A DNA stretch of 64,000 nt from Candidatus Krumholzibacteriota bacterium (GTDB taxonomy: Bacteria > Krumholzibacteriota > Krumholzibacteriia > JAJRXK01). The stretch lies in contig CAVXTH010000001.1 of assembly GCA_963764625.1 (NCBI GenBank), positions 64,001-128,000 on the forward strand. The letters are read 5' to 3'. Shown here piece after piece: positions 1 to 9,066 of the stretch. The number at the start of each line of letters is the position of its first letter. Positions within the stretch are counted from its first letter, which is position 1. Under the pieces are notes generated by a model, which searched no databases, was not told the origin of the DNA, and worked only from the letters and a program-made list of their open reading frames with translations. Position numbers and translations under genes: made by a program.

Positions 1-1218
1 GCCGATCTTGCCGATGTCGTGCAGGGTCGCCCCCAACCGCACATCCTCCAGAGCCTCGCGGCTGAAGCTCATCGCCTGCGCGATGCTCAGCGCGTAACGG
101 CTGACGCGCGCGGTGTGGCCGCGGGTGTAGGTGTCCTTGGCTTCCATGGCCGACATCAGACTCTGAATCGTCGCCACGTAGCTCTCTTGCAGCTTCTTGA
201 AGAGCTCGGCCTTCTCCATCGCGATGCCGGTCGACGCGAGCAGGCTGGAGAGAAGCATTTGATCCGCCAGCTCGAAGGAGCGGCCTTTGAGCTTGGGGCC
301 CAAAAAGAGCAGACCCGCAAGGCGGTTTCCCGTGAGGATGGGCGCCACCAGGGCGAACCCCATCTCCTTCAGGTGCTGCAGGTCGCGTCCCAGCGTCACC
401 CCCTGGGGAATCTCATTGAAGTCGATGCTCTGCGCGTGTTTCTCGATGGACTTGAGAAAGGAAGTCTCGTGCTGGAGGTGGACGCTCTGAATTTCGATGC
501 GATCTACACCCTTGGCCGAATGCAGCTCGAGCACCTGGTCGTCCTTCTTGGTGGCGAAAATGGCGGCCGATTCGATCACGAGCTGTCCCATGACCGTGAG
601 CAGAAGAATGTTGATCTGGTCGTCGACGTCGATCGAGGAGTTGATCTGGTGGCTGACGTCGAAGAGGGCGCGCTGACTCAGAAGCTGCACCTTGAGTTGG
701 CGGTACGCCACATTCAGTTCGCGCTGTCCCTCATCGAGTTCGCTCGTGAGCTCGACGTTCTGGCGTGAGAGAGTACGGCTCAGAGCGAGACTGCTCAGCG
801 CATGCTCCACCCGCGCCACGATTACCTCGGGACTCATGGTGTGAACCAAATAGTCCTGCGCTCCGGCCTGGAACGCCTGACGCGTGGCGCTCTCGTCGCC
901 GCTCGCGCCACACACGAGCACCGGGACCCCTCCCGACTCGCCCTCGCGCAGACTCAGGCGCGAACACAATGAAAGACCGGAAAGATCGGGAAGATCTCGA
1001 TCCACCAGAACGAGATCGATGCGTTGCGCGTGGAAGTACTTGAGTCCCTGGCTTCCGTCGACCGCCACCAGGACTTCGTATCCGCTCTCGACGAGAACCC
1101 GGCTGATCAATCCCCGGTGCAGAGGATCCGAGTCGATCACGAGAATGCGCTGAGGGGGGGCCGAAATGCGAAGCGCCAAGTCTGAACCTTCTCCCCGAAT
1201 CGTGGTGAATCCGCTCAT
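1..1218 (-). CDS. Response regulator REC-GAF-HD-GYP c-di-GMP phosphodiesterase (runs off window start; start ATG 1218 or TTG 1179)
   Basis: Not in the ORF track; manual translation gives RILVIDSD...DLVLVDRDLPDLSG (REC) and EAKDTYTRGHTARV...ATLHDIGKIG (intact HD-GYP start). The REC domain has DYLVH where DYLxK is expected. Confidence 0.88.
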   Translation of the reverse strand, partial: MSGFTTIRGEGSDLALRISAPPQRILVIDSDPLHRGLISRVLVESGYEVLVAVDGSQGLKYFHAQRIDLVLVDRDLPDLSGLSLCSRLSLREGESGGVPVLVCGASGDESATRQAFQAGAQDYLVHTMSPEVIVARVEHALSSLALSRTLSRQNVELTSELDEGQRELNVAYRQLKVQLLSQRALFDVSHQINSSIDVDDQINILLLTVMGQLVIESAAIFATKKDDQVLELHSAKGVDRIEIQSVHLQHETSFLKSIEKHAQSIDFNEIPQGVTLGRDLQHLKEMGFALVAPILTGNRLAGLLFLGPKLKGRSFELADQMLLSSLLASTGIAMEKAELFKKLQESYVATIQSLMSAMEAKDTYTRGHTARVSRYALSIAQAMSFSREALEDVRLGATLHDIGKIG

Positions 1219-1236
1219 GGGACCATCTCGTTTCGG

Positions 1237-3390
1237 CTAACGTGCCCCGACCAGGATTTTCGTCACCGGCTCGACTTCCCCCTCTTGTTCGATGATCTCC
1301 AGGAAAGCCTGCAAGACTTCGGAGTCGTAGCGCAGTCCCCAGTTCTCACGAATGACCTCCAGCGCTTCACCTCGACTGAGCGCCGCGCGGTAGGGAAGAT
1401 CGCGTGTCATCGCGACGAAGGATTCGACCACCGAGACGATCCGCGCGCTCAAGGGAATCGCGGCCCCTCTCAGTCCATGGGGATAGCCTTCGCCATTGAA
1501 TCTCTCGTGGTGGTAGAGCACGACGTCCTTGATGGTCTGTGAGAACTCCATGGCCGAGAGAATGTTCACTCCGGTGAGCGGGTGCTGCTTGATCAGCTGC
1601 CACTCCTCGGGCGAGAGACTACGGGGTGACTTCAGTACGAGATCGCTGATCTCGATCATCCCGATGTCGCGCAAGACCGTTCCGTAGACCAGGTCCCGGA
1701 TTTGATCGCTGGGATAGTTGATCTTGTTCGCGACCTGCCCCGCGTAATGGGAGATCAATTCGGTGCTCGCACGCGCGCCCGGTCCACTGCGCTTCTCGAT
1801 GAGGTTCACGAAGGTCTGCGCCACGCCCAGGGTGCGGTCGTGCAGATCCCTGATGAGACGCGCGTTTTCCAGGGCGACGCCGGCCTGGTTCAACAGGATC
1901 TCGAGGAACTCGTTGTCGATCGCCTCGGCGCGGCCGCCGGAAAGACGCGGTCCCAGTGCGAGGATTCCGAACATCCGCGCTTTGCCGGTCAAGGGCGCGA
2001 TAAGCTCGAAGCCGTATTCGCGCAGGCACCCGAAGACCTTCTCCATGCCGGCGGACGCTCCGGGCAAGGACAGTGCGACCGGATGATTTAGTTCGCGCAT
2101 CAGCTGCGGGTTTTCCACCACGATCTCGGCGAGCTCAATCTCGTCGGGTCCCCGCTGTTTGCGCGGAATCAGCCTGTCGTCTTCCAGCTCGAACCAGGCC
2201 ACCGAGCCCACGCCCACCTGCGCGATGGTGGTGAGCAGGACCAGGTTCACCAGATGGTCTTCGTCCCGCGTGCTGTTGAATTCCTTGCCGATGGTAAACA
2301 GAGCTTTTTGCTGGTGGATCTTGCGGCTGAGATCGCGATCCTGGCCCTTCGGACCGGAACCCTTGGCCGCGTCCTGGCCTCTGAGTTCTTCTCCCCCCAC
2401 CGCCAGCGCGTGGGCGATCTTGCGGCCGAGCAGGTCGAGCGCCAGAACCTCGCTGGGCCCGTATTCGTTCCCCGCGTGTTCCTTGCGCAGGAAGAGCGCG
2501 CCTTCGAGTTTGTTCTCGACGATGATCGGCACCGCCATCTGACAGTTGAGTTCGGTCAGCAGTTGCATTTCGTCTGCGGTCGCTTCGTCGGCTCCGAGAT
2601 CGTCCATCGGCACCGGAGTGTTCGCCCTCAGCAGACGCGTCGCGATGGCCCCGTTCAGCAGCAACGAGTGCTCCTTGCAGCCAACCTCTTCCAACTGCTT
2701 TCCCCTGCGCGTCATGAGATGGCAGGAATCCGCGAGGTCGACGCCGTAGAGCAGCGCCGCCACCGCGCCCTTCATCCCGGCCAGGTCCTGCGCGGCTCCG
2801 AACGCCTGTTCGGCTTCGGCCAGACTCAGGTACCGCGCGGCGGGGACCGGGGTGTCCACCTCGACGATGCGTAGCTTGCTGCTGGGATCGGGCGGGGCCT
2901 CGGGAGGCGGAGCCGCTTCGCCGCCACCACCAGCGCCAACGTCGAGCTCGGCCCATTCCTGGATCAGGGAATCCCCCATGTCCTTTTGGCTGGCTTCGGC
3001 CTCTTCCAGCTTCGTTTGGGCCTCAAGCGCGCTGAGATCCTGTGCGAAGAAGTCCGACGCTCCATCCAACGAATCGAAGAATTTGGGGATGCCTTTCTCG
3101 CAGCGCGCGCTCAGGAAATTGCGCACCGTATCCGAACAGGCGATGAAGGCGGGAGGAAACCCGCCCTGATTGCGCTGGCCGATGAACTCTCCCAAGAGCT
3201 TGGCGACCCCACCGCCCAGGCTTTCCAACTCGGAGAACTCGAAGGCGACTTTGGCCTTCTTCTTCTCGTCACACTTCTGCAAGAGCTCCTGAACGCTGGC
3301 GCGTTCTTTCACGCCCAGATGTCCAGCGACCTTGATCACGAAGAGTTCGGGATCATTGAGCTTGATGTTGGAAAACTTTGCTCTCGGCAT
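1237..3390 (-). CDS. STAS-GAF-GAF-HD-GYP-like protein, degenerate active site
   Basis: Likely start MPRAKF at 3390. N-terminal STAS-like segment, two GAF-like segments, HHERFNGEGYPHGL; HD replaced by RD (VLRDIGM). Confidence 0.82.
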   Translation of the reverse strand: MPRAKFSNIKLNDPELFVIKVAGHLGVKERASVQELLQKCDEKKKAKVAFEFSELESLGGGVAKLLGEFIGQRNQGGFPPAFIACSDTVRNFLSARCEKGIPKFFDSLDGASDFFAQDLSALEAQTKLEEAEASQKDMGDSLIQEWAELDVGAGGGGEAAPPPEAPPDPSSKLRIVEVDTPVPAARYLSLAEAEQAFGAAQDLAGMKGAVAALLYGVDLADSCHLMTRRGKQLEEVGCKEHSLLLNGAIATRLLRANTPVPMDDLGADEATADEMQLLTELNCQMAVPIIVENKLEGALFLRKEHAGNEYGPSEVLALDLLGRKIAHALAVGGEELRGQDAAKGSGPKGQDRDLSRKIHQQKALFTIGKEFNSTRDEDHLVNLVLLTTIAQVGVGSVAWFELEDDRLIPRKQRGPDEIELAEIVVENPQLMRELNHPVALSLPGASAGMEKVFGCLREYGFELIAPLTGKARMFGILALGPRLSGGRAEAIDNEFLEILLNQAGVALENARLIRDLHDRTLGVAQTFVNLIEKRSGPGARASTELISHYAGQVANKINYPSDQIRDLVYGTVLRDIGMIEISDLVLKSPRSLSPEEWQLIKQHPLTGVNILSAMEFSQTIKDVVLYHHERFNGEGYPHGLRGAAIPLSARIVSVVESFVAMTRDLPYRAALSRGEALEVIRENWGLRYDSEVLQAFLEIIEQEGEVEPVTKILVGAR

Positions 3391-3482
3391 GGAGTTCCTG
3401 ACAAAAATTGCGGCGGTCCGCCCTGAGGCCGGCCGCCGCGACGAAACCCTTTTTCGAGATGGGTCAGCGACGCACTCGAGGC

Positions 3483-3707
3483 TCAGACGAGTTCCTTCGT
3501 CAGCCAACGATCGAGGACGCTCTTCAAGAAGCGCCACTCGCTCCCCACCTTCTTCGCGGGGATTTTACCCTCCTTCGCAAGCCGACAGACTGTCTTGACA
3601 TGCATTTTCAGATAGTCCGCGGCCTCCGTGGAGGTCATGACGGGAGAGCTGGTGTCCTCCCCACCGATGTAGATATTGGCGTATTCACCAAAATTCTTCT
3701 CGCTCAT
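3483..3707 (-). CDS. Small excisionase-like helix-turn-helix DNA-binding protein (HTH_17)
   Basis: MTSTEAADYLKMHVKTVCRLAKEGKIPAKKVGSEWRF motif; GGGGA RBS. Confidence 0.88.
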   Translation of the reverse strand: MSEKNFGEYANIYIGGEDTSSPVMTSTEAADYLKMHVKTVCRLAKEGKIPAKKVGSEWRFLKSVLDRWLTKELV

Positions 3708-3769
3708 TCCGTTCCCCTTGTTACCTCAATAGGTGTGGTCCCCAGGATGTATGGACTCGCTATCCGGAC

Positions 3770-3786
3770 AGCAACCCGTATGCCAA
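3770..3786 (-). promoter_or_regulatory. Candidate sigma-54 promoter
   Basis: Minus strand TTGGCATACGGGTTGCT (GG-N10-GC), about 63 nt upstream of the HTH gene ATG. Confidence 0.65.
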
Positions 3787-3939
3787 TGGATGGGCAAGAA
3801 TCAGGATCGTCCAATCGGACCTCTCACAGCGATCTGGGGTGCATGGAGGAAGCACGAGCCCCCTTTGGGCCGTTGCTGGAAACCACCCACCGCGGGAATG
3901 GATTGCAAGGTGCCAAAAGCACCGCGGAAAGTTCTCATC

Positions 3940-6153
3940 CTAAGAAGCCGGCGCGGCGAAGTCCCCGCCCTGAGGGCCCGGACTCTTCACGCCGAGAGCT
4001 TGCAGGAGCGAATGGAGCGCGGCCCAGTGATAGGGCTCGAGCCAGCAGGCATCGGCTCCGGTGCGCTCGACGAGCTCCTCGGCATGCTGACGCTCCACCG
4101 AAGTGCTCAGAATCACCGGAGTGGAGGCAAAGGCGCGGCGGAGATCGGCGAAGCCGGCCGAATCCTCCCGGCCCAGCCTGAGGTCGCTCACCACGAAGGC
4201 AATCCTCTGGTTTTCGAGAGCTGAGAGCCCGCTGGAGATCTCACACGTCGCGGTGACGTGGTAGCCCCGCAGCTCCAAGATGCGCGCCAGTTCGCGGCGT
4301 CGGAATTCGGAGTGGTTCACCAGGAGCACTTTGCGGGTGGGCGGCGCGGGTGCTTCGTGGCGCGACTTCACAGAAGCTGACTCCTGGAAGTCCGGATACA
4401 TGTCGAGCACCGGATCGTGGACGCTGCCTGGCTCGGCCACTTCTGGCATCGCCATGCGCAGACGAAGGAGGCGGCTGATGCTCAGAAGGGGAAGGTGTTG
4501 GCCCTCGAGTTCCACGACCTTGGTGGACACTTCGTCCCAGCCGTCGAGAGTTTCGGGGTTGGAATCGAGCGTCATGCTCTCCGAGAGTCCATAACAGTAG
4601 ATACCCAGGCGTTTCTCGACCGAACCCACGATGACGATGCCCGAAGCCTCTTCCGCCATGGGCTTCACATCGGATGCGTACTGGGCGAGATCGACCAGGG
4701 GCACGGGATGACCGTTGCGAACGAAGTGTTCCCCGTCGGTGTCGCGATGGAAGAGCAGACCATCGGTGCTCAGATATTCGTCGATCAATAGCCCCGGCAG
4801 CGCCGCCTGAAGCGTACCCAGATCCATCAGTTTGACCACGGGGTGCTGGGGGTCCTGGGGCAAGGAGAGCACGAATCGAGTCCCCGGTTGGTCGGCGGGT
4901 TCGACGAGGATGATGCCATGCAGTTCCTGGATGAGTCCGCGACTGCGCCGCAGTCCACGATAGAGACTCAGGGGGTCGACGTGGTTCAGGGCGGGGGTGG
5001 CCTCGAGCTGAGGCCCGTTGTCGCGCAGAGAAATCCGCAGGCGGTCGCCGGCCTCGCTCAGGTGCAACTCGAGCCGGCCCCGCGGCGGAGCGTCTTCCTC
5101 GCGCAACATCTGATCCAGAATGTCGCAGGAATCCTCCAGCAGGTGATCGATCACGCGATTCAACTTGCGCTCCACTTCCGGCCGCAGCGTGTAGTTCAAA
5201 GAACCGCTGACCCGGTAGTCGAGACGACCCTCCAGAGCGTCACGACGTTCTTCCAGGATGACGGCCAGACCCTGCACGAAGGGATCTTCCGATTCGTCCA
5301 GCGTGGACTCCAGCAACGGCTCGGTAGGGGCCGGGGGGATGGGCACATCCGGTTCTGAAGGAGGTGCCGTCTCTAGCGTGCCGGCTCTTTCTCCTGAAGA
5401 AGTCGTCTGGAGAAGCTCGCTCAGCGTTTCGTGAAGCCGGATGAGGTGCTTGCGTGCGTCTTGGCGCGAACCGAGAGACTCCGCCAGCCGGGCATCGAGT
5501 CCCATCAGCCGATCCGTCAGCTCGCGCGAGGTATCGAGAATCCGATCCTGAGGATCCTCCTCCACCGGCCCTTCGCCTTCCTCGGTCGAGAGCTCGGGGA
5601 TGAACACGGCGCCCGAGGGGGCCGCATCTTCCAAAGCCGCGGGCGCGGCCGACGGCGGTGCCTTTTCGTGGGGGATCTCGCCCAACTCCAGGATCCTCTC
5701 GTCAGATTCCACGATCTCGTCGAGATCGAGGATCTTCGGGGTCTGCGCACGCTCCTGGTTGTGACGGATCAAACCGCGCAGCTCGGCGATCTGCTCCTGG
5801 AACGCCGAGAGGTCGGCTTCCTCTTCGTGGGTCTCGAGATGGCGCATGAGTTCTTCCTCGAACTCGATGACCGCCTCGAGGATGAGCTCCTGGGTGGGAG
5901 AGGCCGGTTTCTCGCTGCGCTGAATCGCCTGCAGCCAACGCAGGAATTCTTCCAGAAAGAAGGGGAGAGATTCCAGGCCCAAGGCACGCGCGCCGCCGGC
6001 GAGCAGGCGCGTCGCCATGACCGCGCGCTTGATGGCGACGAGGTCGGATCGATTGGACTCGGCCCCGGTGAGCAGACGAAGCCGGCCGATCTGCTCGGAG
6101 ATCTGCTCCGAGAAGAGATGGATCTGTATCGGCTGCGATGAGTTCTCACTCAT
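3940..6153 (-). CDS. Degenerate CheA-like hybrid (Hpt-like, HATPase-like, CheW, REC)
   Basis: Hpt-like helix RAVMATRLLAGGARALG; ISLRDNG and ELHGIILVEP..GTRFVLSLP (HATPase-like); CheW-like VPLVDL/LPLLSI; C-terminal KVLLVNH..VVSDLRL. Confidence 0.72.
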   Translation of the reverse strand: MSENSSQPIQIHLFSEQISEQIGRLRLLTGAESNRSDLVAIKRAVMATRLLAGGARALGLESLPFFLEEFLRWLQAIQRSEKPASPTQELILEAVIEFEEELMRHLETHEEEADLSAFQEQIAELRGLIRHNQERAQTPKILDLDEIVESDERILELGEIPHEKAPPSAAPAALEDAAPSGAVFIPELSTEEGEGPVEEDPQDRILDTSRELTDRLMGLDARLAESLGSRQDARKHLIRLHETLSELLQTTSSGERAGTLETAPPSEPDVPIPPAPTEPLLESTLDESEDPFVQGLAVILEERRDALEGRLDYRVSGSLNYTLRPEVERKLNRVIDHLLEDSCDILDQMLREEDAPPRGRLELHLSEAGDRLRISLRDNGPQLEATPALNHVDPLSLYRGLRRSRGLIQELHGIILVEPADQPGTRFVLSLPQDPQHPVVKLMDLGTLQAALPGLLIDEYLSTDGLLFHRDTDGEHFVRNGHPVPLVDLAQYASDVKPMAEEASGIVIVGSVEKRLGIYCYGLSESMTLDSNPETLDGWDEVSTKVVELEGQHLPLLSISRLLRLRMAMPEVAEPGSVHDPVLDMYPDFQESASVKSRHEAPAPPTRKVLLVNHSEFRRRELARILELRGYHVTATCEISSGLSALENQRIAFVVSDLRLGREDSAGFADLRRAFASTPVILSTSVERQHAEELVERTGADACWLEPYHWAALHSLLQALGVKSPGPQGGDFAAPAS

Positions 6154-6188
6154 GAGTGCCCCGTCCCCCCTCGTCGAGCGTCGTGCGC

Positions 6189-6998
6189 TTAGAGTTCGAC
6201 GGCCCCGAACTCAGTCAGATCATAGATGCGCTCTCCTCGAGCCGCCGCCGCGCCTCCGGCGGGCAACTCTACGGCTCCGAAGGAACTGAGATCATACACC
6301 GGCTCTTCGTCGCGTGCCTGCGGGGCGGATGTCGGTTGTAACGCCGCCTGCGGCATCGCTTGTGGGACCGGTTGCGGGGCGGGGCGAACCGCCGCCTGCG
6401 GGGCTGCCACCGGTCTCGCCCGACCCGTGGCTTGGGGGTGAAAAAGCTCTTCGTGAATCGCGGCCAGTTGATCCTCAGCCGAAGCGGGGTCGAGAAGCTC
6501 GGGATCGGAGCTCATGGCGGTCATGGCCGCCGACTGCGGGTCCAGGTCCCCTTCGAGCGTGGGCGCCATTTCGGGGGCGACGGGCTGCGCCAGGGCCTCC
6601 GCGCGCGCGGTCTCCACCAGCTTGCGGTCCTCGCGCCAGCGTTCCAGGATCGCGACCAGGGTGGGCTCGTCCTGGAAATCGGAGAGATCGACCTTGTTGG
6701 GATCGTCGATCTTGGCCGCTTTCTTCATGAGATTGCGGCGGTGTCTGCCCTCATTTGCAACGAGATTGGCCGGTTGTGCGGCACTCACCACGGCCAAATA
6801 CCCCAGAAGTCCCAGAAATGCGACGCTCCCACAGACGGCGTAAAAATTACGTAAAGCCTTGGGATCGCTGAAATCCAGGCGACCGCCGAAAAAGCTGAAG
6901 TACGCGTAAATGAGCCCGAAACCACAGGCAGCCACGAGGAGAAAGACGAAGAGCCCCAGCTTCCAGGGCGAGGTGACAACAATTCTCTGCGCCGACAC
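6189..6998 (-). CDS. Two-TM membrane protein with low-complexity linker and duplicated C-terminal YDLxxFGAVEL motif
   Basis: AAGGAG RBS before GTG; two hydrophobic helices; VYDLSSFGAVEL and IYDLTEFGAVEL. Confidence 0.75.
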   Translation of the reverse strand: MSAQRIVVTSPWKLGLFVFLLVAACGFGLIYAYFSFFGGRLDFSDPKALRNFYAVCGSVAFLGLLGYLAVVSAAQPANLVANEGRHRRNLMKKAAKIDDPNKVDLSDFQDEPTLVAILERWREDRKLVETARAEALAQPVAPEMAPTLEGDLDPQSAAMTAMSSDPELLDPASAEDQLAAIHEELFHPQATGRARPVAAPQAAVRPAPQPVPQAMPQAALQPTSAPQARDEEPVYDLSSFGAVELPAGGAAAARGERIYDLTEFGAVEL

Positions 6999-7249
6999 GG
7001 CTGATCTCCTTCAAAGGGTAGTTCTCAGAACATGCGGATCGTCCGACGCCGCATCAAAGGCAAGATGGATGCCACCGGCAGCTCTTGGAGACGAGGGAAA
7101 GAAAGAGACAGGATGCCTGCAGAGGAGCCCCGCAGCGAACATTTTCGGTCGTATCCGTCCGCAGAGCCCCTTCCGGGCCTTCGCACGCCGCCCCGCTGGA
7201 GCTTGGCTGGGATCTCGCTTGGTCCGGATCGAGCCGCCGCGGGGCTCAG

Positions 7250-7268
7250 CTGGCACGCCTCCTGCCAG
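7250..7268. promoter_or_regulatory. Palindromic sigma-54-like site between divergent genes
   Basis: CTGGCACGCCTCCTGCCAG reads GG-N10-GC on both strands; the plus-strand copy has TGGCACG. Confidence 0.4.
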
Positions 7269-7319
7269 AATTCCGTCAAACGGCGCGAACTTTCCCGGCC
7301 GTAGTGAGGAACTACCCTC

Positions 7320-8114
7320 GTGGAGCGACGCTATTTCCTACTCGAATCGACGCAGTCCGCCAGGCCGCCCCTGGGGGGCGACACCGAGGACTACCTCCTA
7401 CGGTGCCTGCTGGGAGCCCGCCGCGAGGCGGATTTTCCCAGCAACGAGAGCGGATTCGACGAGGATGTAAACGTCTATCTGGTTGGTCTGCTCGGCCGCT
7501 TCTTCTCCTCCCTCTACCACGAGGAAGCGCGGCTCTACGTGCATTCGTTCGATCTCGACCTGCGACGGCGGGTGGAGGAGAGCTCCGATCCACGGCAGGT
7601 CTACCGGCTCTATAAGGTCAACGCCGACCACCTGCTGCTGGCCATCGGTCTCTTTCAGAGCGTCGAGGGCTTGAATCAGGAAGCGCGGCCCTATCTCGAC
7701 CGGCACCCGCGGGAACTGGAAAGCCGCGGCGGCCTCTACTACCAGATCGCCAGCTCGCGCCTTCGTCACCTGAAGCGCACGGGGAGCGGCACCGAGACCG
7801 CGCTGAGCAAATTGGGCGACGGGTTCTCTCGCTACGCCGAGGTGCTCCGCTACCTCCGCTCGAGCTACTTCCAACTCACGCGACGTCTGGGAGAGGGAAC
7901 GCTCTACCATCTCGGCCGGGCCACGGACCCGCAGAAGCCCGCGGCCGAGTCCACCGAGAACCTCTACGATGTGTTCCTGGATCGCTACAGCGAATGGCGC
8001 GAAACCCCGGACCCATCTCACCGGGAAGCTTTGGCGGCGGCGGCGGGGCGTCTGCGTGCGGCGGACCCGAGCTTCCACTTCCATGTGCCGGACGAAGAGG
8101 AATCGGTGAACTGA
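7320..8114 (+). CDS. Hypothetical helical protein
   Basis: GAGGA RBS, protein-like composition (DVNVYLVGLL, DHLLLAIGLF, GGLYYQIAS); function not recognised. Confidence 0.78.
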   Translation: MERRYFLLESTQSARPPLGGDTEDYLLRCLLGARREADFPSNESGFDEDVNVYLVGLLGRFFSSLYHEEARLYVHSFDLDLRRRVEESSDPRQVYRLYKVNADHLLLAIGLFQSVEGLNQEARPYLDRHPRELESRGGLYYQIASSRLRHLKRTGSGTETALSKLGDGFSRYAEVLRYLRSSYFQLTRRLGEGTLYHLGRATDPQKPAAESTENLYDVFLDRYSEWRETPDPSHREALAAAAGRLRAADPSFHFHVPDEEESVN

Positions 8115-8124
8115 ACGCGCCGCT

Positions 8125-8973
8125 TCACCCGCGCAAGAAGTTCAGCACTTCCTCGTGCAGTTGTTCTTTGGGCGCCTGGTCCATGAACACGTGCCCGCCG
8201 CTCTCGAATTCGCGCAGTACGGTGCCCTTGCCGCTGGAGCGTTTGCGCAGGAACGCGAGACTGCGCTCGTCGACACGCGGATCGTCGCGGCAAATCGCGG
8301 CGTAGAGCGGTGTCTTTTGCCACCAGTCGCTCTTGCGCCCCTGCTCGATTCCCTCCAGGACTTCCACTTTCCACCCGAGGCGACCGCGCACCCAACGGTT
8401 GCGGTGCAGTCCCACGGCCAGAGCCAGCCGCGCGCGCCAACCCAGGTGAATGTGAATCGCGGGGGCCAAAAGCACCAGAGAGCGTGGGCGCGGCCGGACG
8501 TTCATCTGCATGGCGATCGCCGCTCCGAAGCTGAAGCCGACCACGTGGAGCTGGCGGCACCACACCGCGAGCATGCGGTAGCGTAGCTCGGCCTCCACCA
8601 GCCAGGCGCGCCAGGAGTGCGAGGAGAGTTCTTCGTCGCTCGCGGGATGCGCCGGCATGCGCGCTCCCAGAACGGAGAAGCCGTCCCGGTGCAGGACCTC
8701 GGCCAAACTGCGCAATTGTCGCGGACTGCCGGTGCTGCCGTGCAAGAGCAGAACGCCGGAACGGGAGCGCTCGTTCACTTTGAGGTAGGCTCGGTCCTCG
8801 TTCGCGATGCCGAGCGCCTCTTCGGTGATCGCGGTCTGCTGCGCGTAGGCCCGCAAGAGCGCGAGACGACTGCGCGGGTCACCCTGTCCCTCTTTGATGT
8901 GGCTTTCCAGTTCCCAGATGTTCTTGCCCAGGATCTGTTCGGTTTCGTCGCTCACGCCGATCATCCTCGTCAT
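8125..8973 (-). CDS. Alpha/beta hydrolase (carboxylesterase-like)
   Basis: LLLHGSTGS, GFSFG nucleophile elbow, C-terminal GGH. Confidence 0.85.
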   Translation of the reverse strand: MTRMIGVSDETEQILGKNIWELESHIKEGQGDPRSRLALLRAYAQQTAITEEALGIANEDRAYLKVNERSRSGVLLLHGSTGSPRQLRSLAEVLHRDGFSVLGARMPAHPASDEELSSHSWRAWLVEAELRYRMLAVWCRQLHVVGFSFGAAIAMQMNVRPRPRSLVLLAPAIHIHLGWRARLALAVGLHRNRWVRGRLGWKVEVLEGIEQGRKSDWWQKTPLYAAICRDDPRVDERSLAFLRKRSSGKGTVLREFESGGHVFMDQAPKEQLHEEVLNFLRG

Positions 8974-9066
8974 CGCTTCTGTGAGATCGCCCGCAGGAAG
9001 GGCTTCAAAGACGGGCTAATGTAGCACAAGCGTGCGGGAAGTGCCCGATTTCCTCTCCTTCGGAAT

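Noticed and set aside
19-768. 249-aa plus-strand ORF
   Set aside because: Antisense shadow of the minus-strand REC-GAF-HD-GYP gene, which the track missed because it runs off the window.
3483-3707. Excisionase-like gene as a sign of a prophage or ICE
   Set aside because: No integrase, att site, tRNA or phage genes nearby; it sits within a signalling cluster.
7000-7320. Possible c-di-GMP riboswitch upstream of the signalling block
   Set aside because: No recognisable riboswitch core seen by eye; an Infernal/Rfam scan would be needed.
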